Shown here: positions 49,601 through 59,418 of the stretch, in pieces
Layout: the number at the start of each line of letters is the position of its first letter
How positions within the stretch are numbered: the first letter of the stretch is position 1
Source: Carpediemonas membranifera BICM
Lineage: Eukaryota > Protista > Fornicata
Direction of reading: 5' to 3'
NCBI GenBank assembly: GCA_019828565.1
Contig: JAHDYR010000012.1
Span: forward strand, 1,746,945-1,810,944
Length of the DNA stretch: 64,000 nucleotides
Position numbers and translations under genes: made by a program
Notes under the pieces: model-generated
Databases searched by the model: none
What the model was told of the DNA's origin: nothing
The model's input: the letters and a program-made list of their open reading frames with translations, nothing else

Positions 49601-50592
49601 CCTGAATCAAGTAGAGCAGTGAGGTTGTGACCATTAATCTGGACTTTGATCAAGGGAACAGATGGCTTAGTCTCGGTCTCGCCCTTAGTCTTTGACGGTT
49701 CGCCCTCGGCCGGTGACTCCTTGGAACTTAAAACACACACGCACTTGGAGGATTTACAGTAATCCTCCAGGTGGCCGACACGACCACACTTCTTACATGT
49801 GTGCTTGGGCTTCTTACACTTGAACACCGAGTGACCCTTGCCACCGCAGTTATAGCAGGTGTAGTTAGAGTAGTCCTTTGCCGGCTTCTCCTTCTTGATT
49901 GCCTTGTGGCCCTTGTTGGTTTCAGCCGACCGGTTATCGGACGAGGGCTTCTTCGGGATCACAGACGAGTCGTGTCTGCGGTCATGGCGGGACGTGTAGG
50001 GTTGACGAGAGGGAGCGTCTTCGAAAGCGCTTAGTAGATCCCGTGACTCTTGGACTTCACGTGCTAGGGCTAGGACGGCGGGCATAGCCTTTTCCAGAGG
50101 CTGGTCCTCGATGAGCTCTTGGATGCGGTACATGGCCTTGGGGTTGCTCTTAAAGGCACGCGTATACGCCTCCTTGAGGTTGTCCTCGTTGAGGGACTTC
50201 CCATCGAACAGGGACAAGAGGAGAGTGAACTTCCGATTGACGCGTGCGACCTGTACCGTGTCGAAGCTGTTGGCTCTTAGACGGAACAGCTGGAGGCGTG
50301 AGGTCTTGGTTCTGGGTTGCAGGGCTTGTCCGAGCCGCTTGAGAGTTCTCTGATCCTTCAGATCGCGGATGTTCTTCCTTGAGGCTACTAGGGGAGTGTG
50401 ATCGTCGTCTTCGTCCTGCGTAGTGGATAGGATCGTGGCAATGAGGTCTTGTACCGAGCTATCAATCAAGTCTGAGATATCCCGATGGCCTCCGTAAGCG
50501 CGATAGTCGCGGAAGGCCTCGGCGAAAGTGATGAGAGCCTCAACTGACGGAACCGTTAGTAGAGGAGGTATAAGGCGTTTCTTATCGTTCAT
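46642..50592 (-). CDS. Element D gag-pol polyprotein (2 CCHC, protease, RT, RNase H, integrase, chromodomain)
   Basis: 1316-aa ORF: CYNCGGKGH, LLDSGA, YIDD, MTDAS, SDGG, WEVERI...YLVHWAG. Confidence 0.97.
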   Translation of the reverse strand: MNDKKRLIPPLLTVPSVEALITFAEAFRDYRAYGGHRDISDLIDSSVQDLIATILSTTQDEDDDHTPLVASRKNIRDLKDQRTLKRLGQALQPRTKTSRLQLFRLRANSFDTVQVARVNRKFTLLLSLFDGKSLNEDNLKEAYTRAFKSNPKAMYRIQELIEDQPLEKAMPAVLALAREVQESRDLLSAFEDAPSRQPYTSRHDRRHDSSVIPKKPSSDNRSAETNKGHKAIKKEKPAKDYSNYTCYNCGGKGHSVFKCKKPKHTCKKCGRVGHLEDYCKSSKCVCVLSSKESPAEGEPSKTKGETETKPSVPLIKVQINGHNLTALLDSGAGVTIIKSTWASKLTKVSSEVIPIRTANKGILHAQGAVEGDVRLLASAFTPKACSYKPRMLLLDTEFDMIIGYPDMVALGILPQAYTDEQDDDEIEIPDVYKYQAPLFSLSQTSIDRQAELIRRYSDVFEDRSEPSRLEPYDLILREDRVVNARPYFVPPAKVDIIREHIDELSLKGFIERSNSPYASPAMTVPKKGGKSRFVVDFRQINEITPTFDYPIPMIDEVIAQLPNKKIFATLDLSSGYHQVELTKRCRKYTAFTTILGQYQYTRMPFGLRNAGAHFQRAMESAFAELVGHACYIYIDDIIVFGENEEDYLKNLESVLQRTRQIKLQLNRDKCQFSRAEVEFLGRVISHGCQRIAADRIQDILDLEMPKSVKGMQALVGFLNYFRDHVPGFAEVVHPLTQAMASKIPLDGDEQEQALRKVKTLLAQAEALAIFDASKEHTIMTDASGVGYGAVLLQEGQPVCFMSKAFDQVQSRWSVGEKEAFAIVAAIKRWNKYLSWGKFTLLTDHRNLIYMYKSTNAKVRRWAEAMSDMDFDVKHVAGLDNGGADGLSRVYVMQSASEDDVEAEHLTAGAHLSRRVVTERLKDQGKSVSRETVSKVIENCPVCQVIRRPPVDSPSGLHTAVDRPFRWVAVDTMGPFLSVDGKAYITVMIDMCSRWTELVASSSTTGAAAADALVNNWILRFGCPEVLQSDGGPEFKNQLFKRIADEMGFKIHITTAHHPQSNGMVERANQQVLRILKARKFQLRGSTWIENLPVAQFIVNSSPRTSTRLSPAEIVLGYDLRIPQNVYVTDSSTASASESHREAAAAAVQLASSRVQAMREDALAKATASRNEIISRFVLVKYPSRPPNKLSPGWRGPMRRLAGVKQHGVVVAYKVLDLAEKDNSKAITVDASRVRKFNPGRLTEDQIKALAATADDEWEVERISRSRGRGPMSKREYLVHWAGCEDEEATWQDYSSVKDLEALDIFLKSDEAKRAGL

Positions 50593-50610
50593 GGCTTGAA
50601 TTTCTAGAAA

Positions 50611-50731
50611 TGTAGTCCGTTAGGGACAAGAAAGCTTTACAGGGAAAAGAGACGACACCAAATGTGTCGACAGAAACCTGAAGACGATGTAAATAATACA
50701 ACTATGTAAATATTGGGTAAGACCCACGACA
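50611..50731 (-). repeat. 5' LTR of element D
   Basis: Exact repeat of 44593-44713. Confidence 0.97.
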
Positions 50732-51178
50732 CAGCCACTCAACCAGGAAAGTCTTGGCTGCGGTGTCTGAGGTGTACGGCTCCAGGCGTAAAAAGTCATT
50801 GACAATGGCCGATAGCTGGGCTTGTGTGGGCGCACCGCGGCCTGAGGCCCTACGGATGCTCCTAGCTGCTTCAATCTGCTGCTCTTTGGTTGCTAGGAAG
50901 TCTTGGGTGTAGGCGGACTTAAAGTCTGAGACCAGCGCCTTGTAGCTAGCCCTAGTTGTAGCGCGGTCCTCCTCCTCCTCGTCTAGTGAGGCTTTGGCCT
51001 TCGTGAACCAGGTGCGGAGGGCCGTGGTTTCCGTGAGGGACCGGAGCACAGGCGTATCTAGGAACTCAAGGGGGTGTTGCGGCTCGCAGCACACGTCCAG
51101 GTGCTCCTCGATGAGCTGAATAAAGGTACAAACACGTCTCGGCTCGAGAGATCCCAAATGCAGGGATTCGTGTTTCAT
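50732..51178 (-). pseudogene. 5' (gag-like) part of the chimeric ORF interrupted by element D
   Basis: ATG 51178. The N-terminus (V..FI..IEEHL....EPQHPL) resembles the element A gag N-terminus and 58840-59112. Confidence 0.65.
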
Positions 51179-51625
51179 ATTTAGACCGCACTGGACCTCT
51201 TACAGGCTCTCTGCATACGCGCTTTAGTATGCAATGAAGGTATTCATTTTCCCGTAAATTGTTTAAATTCAATGAATACTTCATTTTCGGTCCGGAAGAA
51301 ATCGATAATCTAAGATTTTTAGGGCCTAGATTATCTAGAAAAATAGTAGATTATCTACCGACTTTCACAGTATGATTGGGCATGTTAAGGAGTGGGCAAC
51401 CCAGTCTTGCCACTGCAACATCGGCATTTCTGATCAGGCTCCTTCGAGAGCGTTTCATAACCTCTCTCGGGCCCCCAACCCGGTGCGATCGGAGCTTCTG
51501 ACCGCGATGAAAAAGGTTCTCATGAGAGTTGGTCTGGACGCCCCCGTGAATTTTGATTCGCGTCCTCTGTCCCTTAATCTGCCGGACCTTTCGGCACCCG
51601 ACATCCTTAAGGTATCCTTAAGTCT

Positions 51626-51710
51626 GTAAGGTAAGGAACCTTACCTTACCTTACCTTCTGCCCGATGACATACAAAAGGCTATTCCGATTGAAGGTAAGG
51701 TAAGGTACCT
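51626..51710. repeat. Two head-to-head (TAAGG)/(CCTTA) microarrays flanking a 34-bp spacer
   Basis: GTAAGGTAAGG-AA-CCTTACCTTACCTTACCTT at 51626-51657 and AAGGTAAGGTAAGGTACCT at 51692-51710. Confidence 0.88.
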
Positions 51711-52070
51711 CGCACCCAGACGAGGGTCGAGTTGGGTCGACCGCGCATCGAGGCGGGTGGAGGGCGCCGGACCGCGCGCTACCGGAATACGTGGAGTGAG
51801 TATCGCTCTGCTGATTCCAGGAGCGCGCTGCCCGTTCGCGTCCGACTCGCCATTTGGGGGTCGAGTCACAACTCGGCCCCGAATGAACTGCCCACACGTA
51901 TGCTGCAAGGGAACAGTCAGAGCAAATCGATGCGCGGAGGGGAGGGACCAGGTGTGCGCGAGGGCAGACCGGGAGGCTAGCCCTCTGGCACACACAAAAT
52001 CGGTCTGGTCGGTCAGACCCATGTCAACCCAGACACCATCAGTCAACATGGTGCGTGAATGCATGCTTTA
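51711..52070 (-). mobile_element. Fragment of a third, diverged member of the LINE A/B family (distal ORF2 region)
   Basis: GCGCTCCTGGAATCAGC...CCACGTATTCCGGTAGC matches LINE A at about 35680-35727 and LINE B at about 20523-20573. SRSALAHTWSL resembles SRAILEMLWLL. Confidence 0.6.
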
Positions 52071-54009
52071 GAGCCCAGCCCGAAGCTATATCGGCCATCG
52101 ATTTGGTTGACGAACTGTTCACCTGCTTTTCGAAATCGTCCCGAGACTGGACCCGAAGCTGAGCGATGCCGTCACCTCGACTACAACCATCGAATCGCTG
52201 CCGCTCTGCCATAATGCTTGTATAGCCCTCTTACATCTGGATCCGGGCCATTACCAGCGGGCGCACACTGGAAGTATGCGTTTGGAGTCGGCCCAAACAT
52301 CGATTTCGACCGACATCGAACATGACGAGTAGAGGTCGGAGAGGGCTGAAACTCACATCATTACACTGTACGAGAAGCTCATACATGATGGCTGACCCAT
52401 CTTAGTCTTTAAACTCCCAACCTTAATCTCTGGAGTCGTCGAAAATGACGACTCAGTTTGACTCAATTCACCCTCAGCCCGCACCCAATGGCGTAACCTC
52501 AGCTACTAGGCCTGGATATAGTGCGAGTGCCCCACTAACAGCCTTGGACGCAACGTCTGCCGTCATCGAGATGGTTGTGCAGAATACGCCATCTTTTTTC
52601 ACACATCCCTTCGCGACCTCGAATAATCGCTCTCCAAGCACCTCTGCTGCTATATTTGTGTAAGATGCTCATTTAATACGTCTAGATCACGATTCCTCGC
52701 TTTCGCTCTTTCAGTTTCGGTCACTTCTTCGTGCCGAACTAAACAACATCAATCAGGTGCGCCGACGGGACCCTGGAGCGGCAACAAGGTAAGTCCGCCA
52801 CCATCTAATGCTGTCAAAATCCTAGCTGTGCGCCACGGCGTCTTCGGACCCGGGGTATTGCATTGGCCTCTGGCCCTTGCTGCACACCGGGACATCCGCG
52901 CCACCTTACACGGCGCGGAACCCGGCTTCTAGCTAGGAGCGCGCGGGCGGTGTGAGACTGCCGCGCGGACATCAGATGGACCTAGGACAGTGAGCCTAGA
53001 TGATACACTTGGACGACCCAGCAGCTGCTGGCGGTTGGCGAGTGTATGCGGGAGGGCAAGATCGCGGTGTGGAGCCCCATCTGTGAGTCACACCCATGGG
53101 AGGTCATTTTCGTCCAAAATTTCCATTTGCCAGAATTGCCCACGTGTGATGCGAGCCCGCTCTTGCCGCGCACAGTTGCACATTATTCATCGCTCAGCTG
53201 CCAACCATGGGGCAGCGTGTGCCCGGAGGCTGCGTACCAGCAGCTGGGGTCTGTCGAGCCCACCCTCTGCCAGTCTAAAAGTGCAGCACAATGTTTTGCT
53301 GTTGAGTCTGGTTTAATGAAAGCATGGACATCAACGATCAGCCATATGATGAGGCAGAAAACATCGAAATCACATCATCCCACCCATCATTTGGCGAAAT
53401 GGACAGCTAGTTCCCCGAGGACGATCTTGACGGCGATCTCGGTAGCTTCGAGGAATCTCCAGCTCTGCACAACTCTGAGTACGGATTAGATGATATGGAT
53501 GACCATATGGACACGGACGCCCAATTCCAGCCAACGCGAGGGAGGGCCTGCTCGACAGCACCAAAGAGGAGCTCGCCCAGGCCAGGGCCGCCGCTGAGGC
53601 CGCCGCTGGATAGGTCAGGCTTGCGAAGATGGAAGTGCAGGAGAAGACATGGTCTGCAGACCAGGTGACTGCCAAGATGCAGCAGGGCATCCAACAGAGA
53701 GACCGCCTACGCTCAAGGGGCAGACGGGCAGCCTCGAGCAGGAGGTAGCTCTGTTCAAGAGCAAGGCGGCCACTCTAGAACACGACCTGGCCGTCGCCAC
53801 TGACATGCTGGCCCAATGTCATGCCAAGGCCGAGGATGACGAGACCCAGTTTGGGTCGACACACGATGAGGACGACGGCATGCTCGCTGACATCCCGCCG
53901 CCCCGGGACATGACCTAGAGCACAGCCCACGCCAACAGGATCCTCGACGGTATTGAGGCCCGTGTCACGGCCCTGCGGATGAGCAAGCTGGACTCGCGTC
54001 TCGTCATAC

Positions 54010-54380
54010 GTGGAGCAGGCCGGTCTGGTGCCAAAGCCCGGACCAGAGCCAGAAGCGGATGAGGTGCAATGTTCCTATCTGGCGCACAACCTAGAGGGCA
54101 AGGCGAAGGAGACCGGTGTAATGAAGGCGTCCCCGTCCGTCTCCAGAACCGAGACCCACCGCCGCACGCCGTCGCGGTCCATCTCTCGATCTGACTCCCA
54201 GATCAAGCTTGACCCGAAGTTTACGATCGTCCGGCGGGCCCTGGAGCGGCTTGTCGAGGGAGTCAGCGAGTCGACCCATGTGAAAGCACTAGACGCCTTC
54301 GACTCGAACGGCATGGACGGTACATCCCAATTCGTCATCGTCCTCACGAGCAAGACGAGTCAGACGTTCAGGGCGCTGAA
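54010..54380 (+). pseudogene. Truncated host gene fragment with possible CKK (CAMSAP/Patronin)-like domain start
   Basis: IVRRAL..L..G...K.L..F......FVIVL....QTFRAL follows the CKK pattern. It is cut off by a retroelement remnant. Confidence 0.35.
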
Positions 54381-54720
54381 CACCAAGCGAGAACGGAGGC
54401 GATTCGATGCTGAACTTCAGCTGAGCCGTTCTTGATTCCGAATGGCACTACACAATATTGGTAAAGGCCCTTCTGTGTCTGGCATGCGGCGAATGGCAGT
54501 CGGTAGTCAATGTGAAAATACCAGGTCAACCCTTCCCAGAGACATGCGTGGAGCTGACCATGGCGACTCGGAGGCTTTGATGTAGCCTTCACGGCGAAGG
54601 GATTCGATTCGTCAATGATTTGTTGGTGCACGCGACCGACTGGGCGATGGTCACGACGAGTTAACCGGCGACCCGGTCGTTCGGGTGGCAGGGCGGATGG
54701 TACACGTGACGATACGTGGC
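54380..54720 (-). mobile_element. Degenerate Ty3/gypsy RT remnant
   Basis: QTQKGLYQYCVVPFGIKNGSAEVQHRI. Confidence 0.65.
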
Positions 54721-54936
54721 TTTCTCTCACATTTAACGATATGAAATGCTGTTTATGCTTGGTTTCGTCACCGGCAGAGGGATCACATCCACGGCTTGGC
54801 CCGAGGAAAAGAACGCCTACCAAGCCGTCACAGACGCCACCGTCCACCGCGCAAGTGCACGAGGGCTTGGTTGTGGCACGAGGGCCCATGTTCGTTCCTT
54901 TATCGCAGTTTAAGCCAAGACGACGATTGACGACAA

Positions 54937-55648
54937 ATGCTTAGTACGCTCTTTACGCGCACTCCAGCCAAAATACCTGGTTGCTTCAGCAGAGCGCTGA
55001 GCTCATCGGTCATTGGCATCGATCTGGGTACCACCAACAGTTGTGTGGGCGTGTTCACCAATGAGCCCATGATTTGCAAGAATGTAGAGGGTGATAGAAC
55101 TACCCCTTCCACGGTTGCATTCACCAAGGACAAGAAGACGCTTGTAGGAGCTCCGGCGAAGCGCCAGGCGCTTACTAACTCCGCGAACACGTTCTTCGCC
55201 ACGAAGCGGCTCATTGGGCGCCGGTACCAGGAGCTTGAGGACTGGAAAACCCCCTACAGCATCGTTCAGAGCGACTCCGGGGATGCCTGGGTCGAGAGTC
55301 CGGCCATGGGCAAGACATACTCGCCTTCCCAGATCGGGGCATACGTCCTCACCAAGATGAAGCAGTCCGCCGAGAAGTACCTCAACGATGAGGTCAACAA
55401 GGCGGTCATCACTGTCCCCGCTTACTTCAACGACTCGCAGCGCCAGGCTACCAAGGACGCCGGCCAGATCGCCGGCCTTGAGGTCCTCCGCATCATCAAC
55501 GAGCCGACCGCCGCCGCCATTGCCTACGGCCTCGACAAGACCGACAAGGACCAGCGCATCGCGGTGTACGACCTTGGTGGCGGTACCTTCGACATTTCTA
55601 TCCTCGAGCTGAGCGGCGGTGTCTTCGAGGTCAAGTCGACCAACGGCA

Positions 55649-55681
<33 letters not shown>

Positions 55682-56811
55682 TGCTCGTGAACTGGATGCT
55701 CACCGAGATCAAGAAGGAGCACAAGCTTGACGTCAGCGGCGAGATCCAGGCGATGCAGCGGCTCAAGGAGATGGCCGAGAAGACCAAGATCGACCTGTCC
55801 GTCATGGAGGAGGTCGACATCCAGCTCCCCTTCCTCGCCCAGAACAAGGCCGGCGACGTCATTCACTTCGAGCGCCGTCTTACCCGCCCCCAGTTCGAGC
55901 GCATGGTCGGCGGCCTCGTCACCCAGACGGAGGGCCCCTGCAAGGCCGCCCTCAAGGACGCCGGTCTGACCCCCGCCGACGTCGACGAGGTGATCCTCGT
56001 GGGAGGTATGACCCGCATGCCCCTGGTCCAGCAGCGCGTCGAGAAGCTCTTCGGCAAGGCCGCCAACACCAGCGTCGACCCGGACGAGGTCGTGGCCCTT
56101 GGCGCAGCCATCCAGGGCGGCATCCTCAAGGGCGACGTGTCATCCGTCGTCCTGCTCGACGTCACCCCGCTCTCCCTCGGGCTCGAGACCAGGGGCGGCG
56201 TGTTCACCCGCCTCATCCCCCGCAACACGACTATCCCCACGAAGCGCGCCCAGATGTTCAGCACGGCCGTGGATAACCAGACCGCCGTCAACATCAGGGT
56301 GTTCCAGGGCGAGCGGGACATCGCTGAGCACAACAAGATGCTCGGCGAGTTTGAGCTGACGGGTGTTCCTCCAGCCCCGAGAGGCGTGCCCCAGATCGAA
56401 GTGTCATTCGACATTGACGCCAACGGTATTGTGACGGTCTCTGCGCTTGATAAGGCGACCAACAAGAAGCAGGACATCACTGTTCAGACGAGCGGCGGGC
56501 TCAGCGAGGAGGAGGTCGCACGCATGGTGGAGGAGGCCGAGGCTTCGCGGGAGGAGGACAAGATCGCCACGGAGCTTCTCGAGCTCAAGAATGTCAGCGA
56601 TAACCTCGTCTACTCGACTGAGGGCTCGCTGGAGGAGCACGCCGCCCGCATCCCCACGGGCCTCGTTTCCGACCTGCGAGACATGATTGCCAAGGTCCGC
56701 GGCCTCATGAGCAAGCCGGACTGCAGCTACGATGAGCTTTTCGACGCGAAGGAAGCCCTTAGAGTTGCCGCCGCCAAGATCGGCGAGAGTATGTATGGCC
56801 AGAAGGCCTAA
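54937..56811 (+). CDS. Mitochondrial-type Hsp70 (DnaK) with short N-terminal presequence
   Basis: GIDLGTTNS and DLGGGTFD. Mitochondrial/proteobacterial signatures GDAWV and YSPSQIG. No EEVD or KDEL. Arg/Ser-rich leader MLSTLFTR without acidic residues. Confidence 0.96.
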
Positions 56812-56899
56812 GGCTGCGGGATCGTTGTAAATATTAATGGTTTAATGTATTCTATTGGAACCATGAATAAGACACGGCACCGCACGGACGATCCTCATG

Positions 56900-57780
56900 A
56901 GAGGTGGCGCCCCCTGGTCATACCGACCACCCCCCGACGCCGCTCAGTGCACGCCTGTTGCGGAGCCCGTCGTTGGGGCAGCTCCAGGTCTGCCATTGAC
57001 CCGGGCGTCGAATAACGATGGATTCGCAGGCCAGCCGCTAGCGAGTCCATCGGGCGGTGGTTGCGGAGCAGGTAGTTCAGTTGGGGAATGGCGCAGGACC
57101 GCAGCATTCTCATCGCGTGCAGGCGAGCCCGAGGGGTTGACTCCGCAATGTCCTCCAGCTGGGCAGCTCCGACGAGCCGCTGTGCGTCGCGCACCCAGGC
57201 CTCGAGCCTGGCCTCGCAGCCTTCATCCGGGCCGATGTATCCTCCGGGGAACTCCCTGGCGACTGTCCTGACTACCTCCTCGAGCTCGTACGACTCGGCT
57301 TCCCCCGCGTGGATCACGACTGTCTTCGTGGGATGGTAGGTGAAGTCGAGCCCCGACGGGCCGGCTGCACTCTTCAGTCGGCCGATGACGGTCGGTGGCA
57401 GTCGACCCTGGGAAGATGAGGATGCAGTCAAAAGCAGCACGCGCCGTCCGCCTGTGCGACGAACTCGACCGCAACGGGAAGGCATACCGCAGCCTCAGCC
57501 AGACTGGGGACCTGCCTAACTCGGACGTGGTACATGCTGAGCTCAGCCGGCTTCACCCGCTCAAGCAGCTGACTGCCCCGCCGACCTTGCAGACTTGACG
57601 CCCCCAGATGGGGTCACCCCTACCGCCTCGATAGTGGCCACCGGTGCCGACGTGCACCGAGCGATCATGGCTGCCAACCGAGAATCATGCCCAGGACCCT
57701 CAGGGATGGACTTCACCCTGCTGTGGCAGATGGAGGTGGCCTCCCATAACGAACTTCCCATGCTTGACTTCATGCTGGGC
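56900..57780. mobile_element. Scrambled CRE/SLACS-like (RLE-type) non-LTR retrotransposon remnants on both strands
   Basis: Minus strand: MLRSCAIPQLNYLLRN, LELPQRR and GGYIG. Plus strand: RESCPGPSGMDF. Confidence 0.55.
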
Positions 57781-58113
57781 GGGCTAGCGTTCGGTGAGTG
57801 GCGATCTAGGCGATATGCCAAGCGGATTGAACACGCCCAGCCGCTGTACGCTTTTACTGACGAAAACCCCCTCCGCTCGGCCTTTGACGACGTCGGGTCA
57901 GTGCTGGACGCTGGGGTACCGGACTTGGTTGAGGACAAGGGGACGTACGTCTCGCTACATGAACTCAGCAGGTGACGCGATAAATAATACATTAGCAACG
58001 TAGGGGGGCTGAGGGAATGGGCTGGGCGTGTTACTGGGTGCGTGGATAGGATCCGCACGTGCTATTGATCGCCCACACGAAACAGGGTGGCGCCATTTCC
58101 ATGCCGCATTTTT

Positions 58114-58758
58114 ATGGTATGCCTCGCGATCAAGATGGCAATCGAGAAGAATGGCGAATTTGCTGTTGTACGAGATGATATGCAAGGCGTACATCGGATA
58201 ATTGATACCGCCAGTGCCGTGAGATCCAAGGTGGCGGCTATTATGGCCGAGGACGACGCCTACATCGCCGGAATTGGCGAAATTCAAGCAATGAGCATCA
58301 CAGCACAAGCGGAGAAGCATCTTGATGCCAATATTTCTCGGCTTTCTCGGCTTGCGGACGAGAAAGTTGACACTGTCTGCCATGCGGAGCAACGTCTCCT
58401 GGCAGAGCAAGAACGACTCCGCGCCGAGATCGAGCGGGAGAAGAGAGCAGTCACAGAGTGTGGGAACAGAGTTGATTCGCTCGCCAGCCACCTCAACGGC
58501 AAGCGGCGTCAGCTCCTGCAGCTCGAACACGACATGGATGTCGCCGAACAGCGCCGTGTCGAGGAGATGCAGGCGATGGTGGCGAGGAACGAGGAGCTCC
58601 AGCTCCGGATGGCCATGGTGAGCGCGGCAGGGGCCCATGGGGACGACTCGCTCGACAGTCAGGTGCATAGTGTCATGGAGCAGTTTAACGTAGCATTCGG
58701 GGCGAAGACGGCGGCTGTGCCTGTCATGCAGGTACCCTCTGACCTCGTAGACGACTGA
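58114..58758 (+). CDS. Hypothetical coiled-coil protein
   Basis: Open frame with heptad-rich charged sequence; the start is uncertain. Confidence 0.65.
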   Translation: MVCLAIKMAIEKNGEFAVVRDDMQGVHRIIDTASAVRSKVAAIMAEDDAYIAGIGEIQAMSITAQAEKHLDANISRLSRLADEKVDTVCHAEQRLLAEQERLRAEIEREKRAVTECGNRVDSLASHLNGKRRQLLQLEHDMDVAEQRRVEEMQAMVARNEELQLRMAMVSAAGAHGDDSLDSQVHSVMEQFNVAFGAKTAAVPVMQVPSDLVDD

Positions 58759-58839
58759 GGCTATGCATAGATGTAGTAATAGCAGCTGCATGTATTTATA
58801 AAACCTGCAGCCTTTCTCATCAACCATCCGTGACACGGT

Positions 58840-59112
58840 TTATTTATTTTGACGTTGTGACACCATCCCCTGTACCGCCGGGTTCCTAGTTCGAGATACG
58901 ACAAGACGCGCTGGCACCATGGATTGGCGCCAAGCCTGGGCGATCTGGAGAGTTCCCAGATTTTTTCCGCATTTTTTCCCAATGGCCTCTTTGCTCAGGA
59001 GGGCGAGGGGATGCTCGGGAGCCGCTGACACCTGTAAATAGTTCGTCAGGTCCCTGACAAAGCGCGCCACAGACTGATGGCGCAGGTCCCGTAGAATGGG
59101 AGTTTTAGCCAT
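58840..59112 (-). pseudogene. Truncated gag-like N-terminus
   Basis: SVARFVRDLTNYL...PEHPLALL resembles the N-termini at 51178 and 7615. Confidence 0.45.
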
Positions 59113-59418
59113 GTCCAGTTTTTTACATCCAATCATTTACATTCATGACTCACCAGCCCGCGGCAACCCCAAGTGTGACTCAAGCTCGCACCAGAAGTCG
59201 ACAGAGACGAGTTAAACATGAGGTAGGGCAATTGTCTTCTGCGCAATCTGCACCATGCTTCCGCGGGCTCCCTCTCGAACACAGAGGCTCTCCATCTTGT
59301 CTGTGGACGCCGCTCCCACGGTCAGGTCACGTATTATTCGCGGGGATGCTGGACTGGCTTGGGTGGCGTATACGGCCGGAGGAAAAAAGTGCCTTAAGGT
59401 GCGTATTTTGGTGTGTTC

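Larger units (their letters stand above)
44593..50731 (-). mobile_element. Ty3/gypsy chromovirus-like element D, intact
   Basis: Identical 121-bp LTRs at 44593-44713 and 50611-50731. 4-bp TSD CAGC. PPT GGAGGGGCGG. Uninterrupted gag-pol. Confidence 0.98.

Noticed and set aside
55003-55866. 287-aa ORF antisense to Hsp70
   Set aside because: Well-known shadow frame caused by Hsp70 codon bias; no independent evidence.
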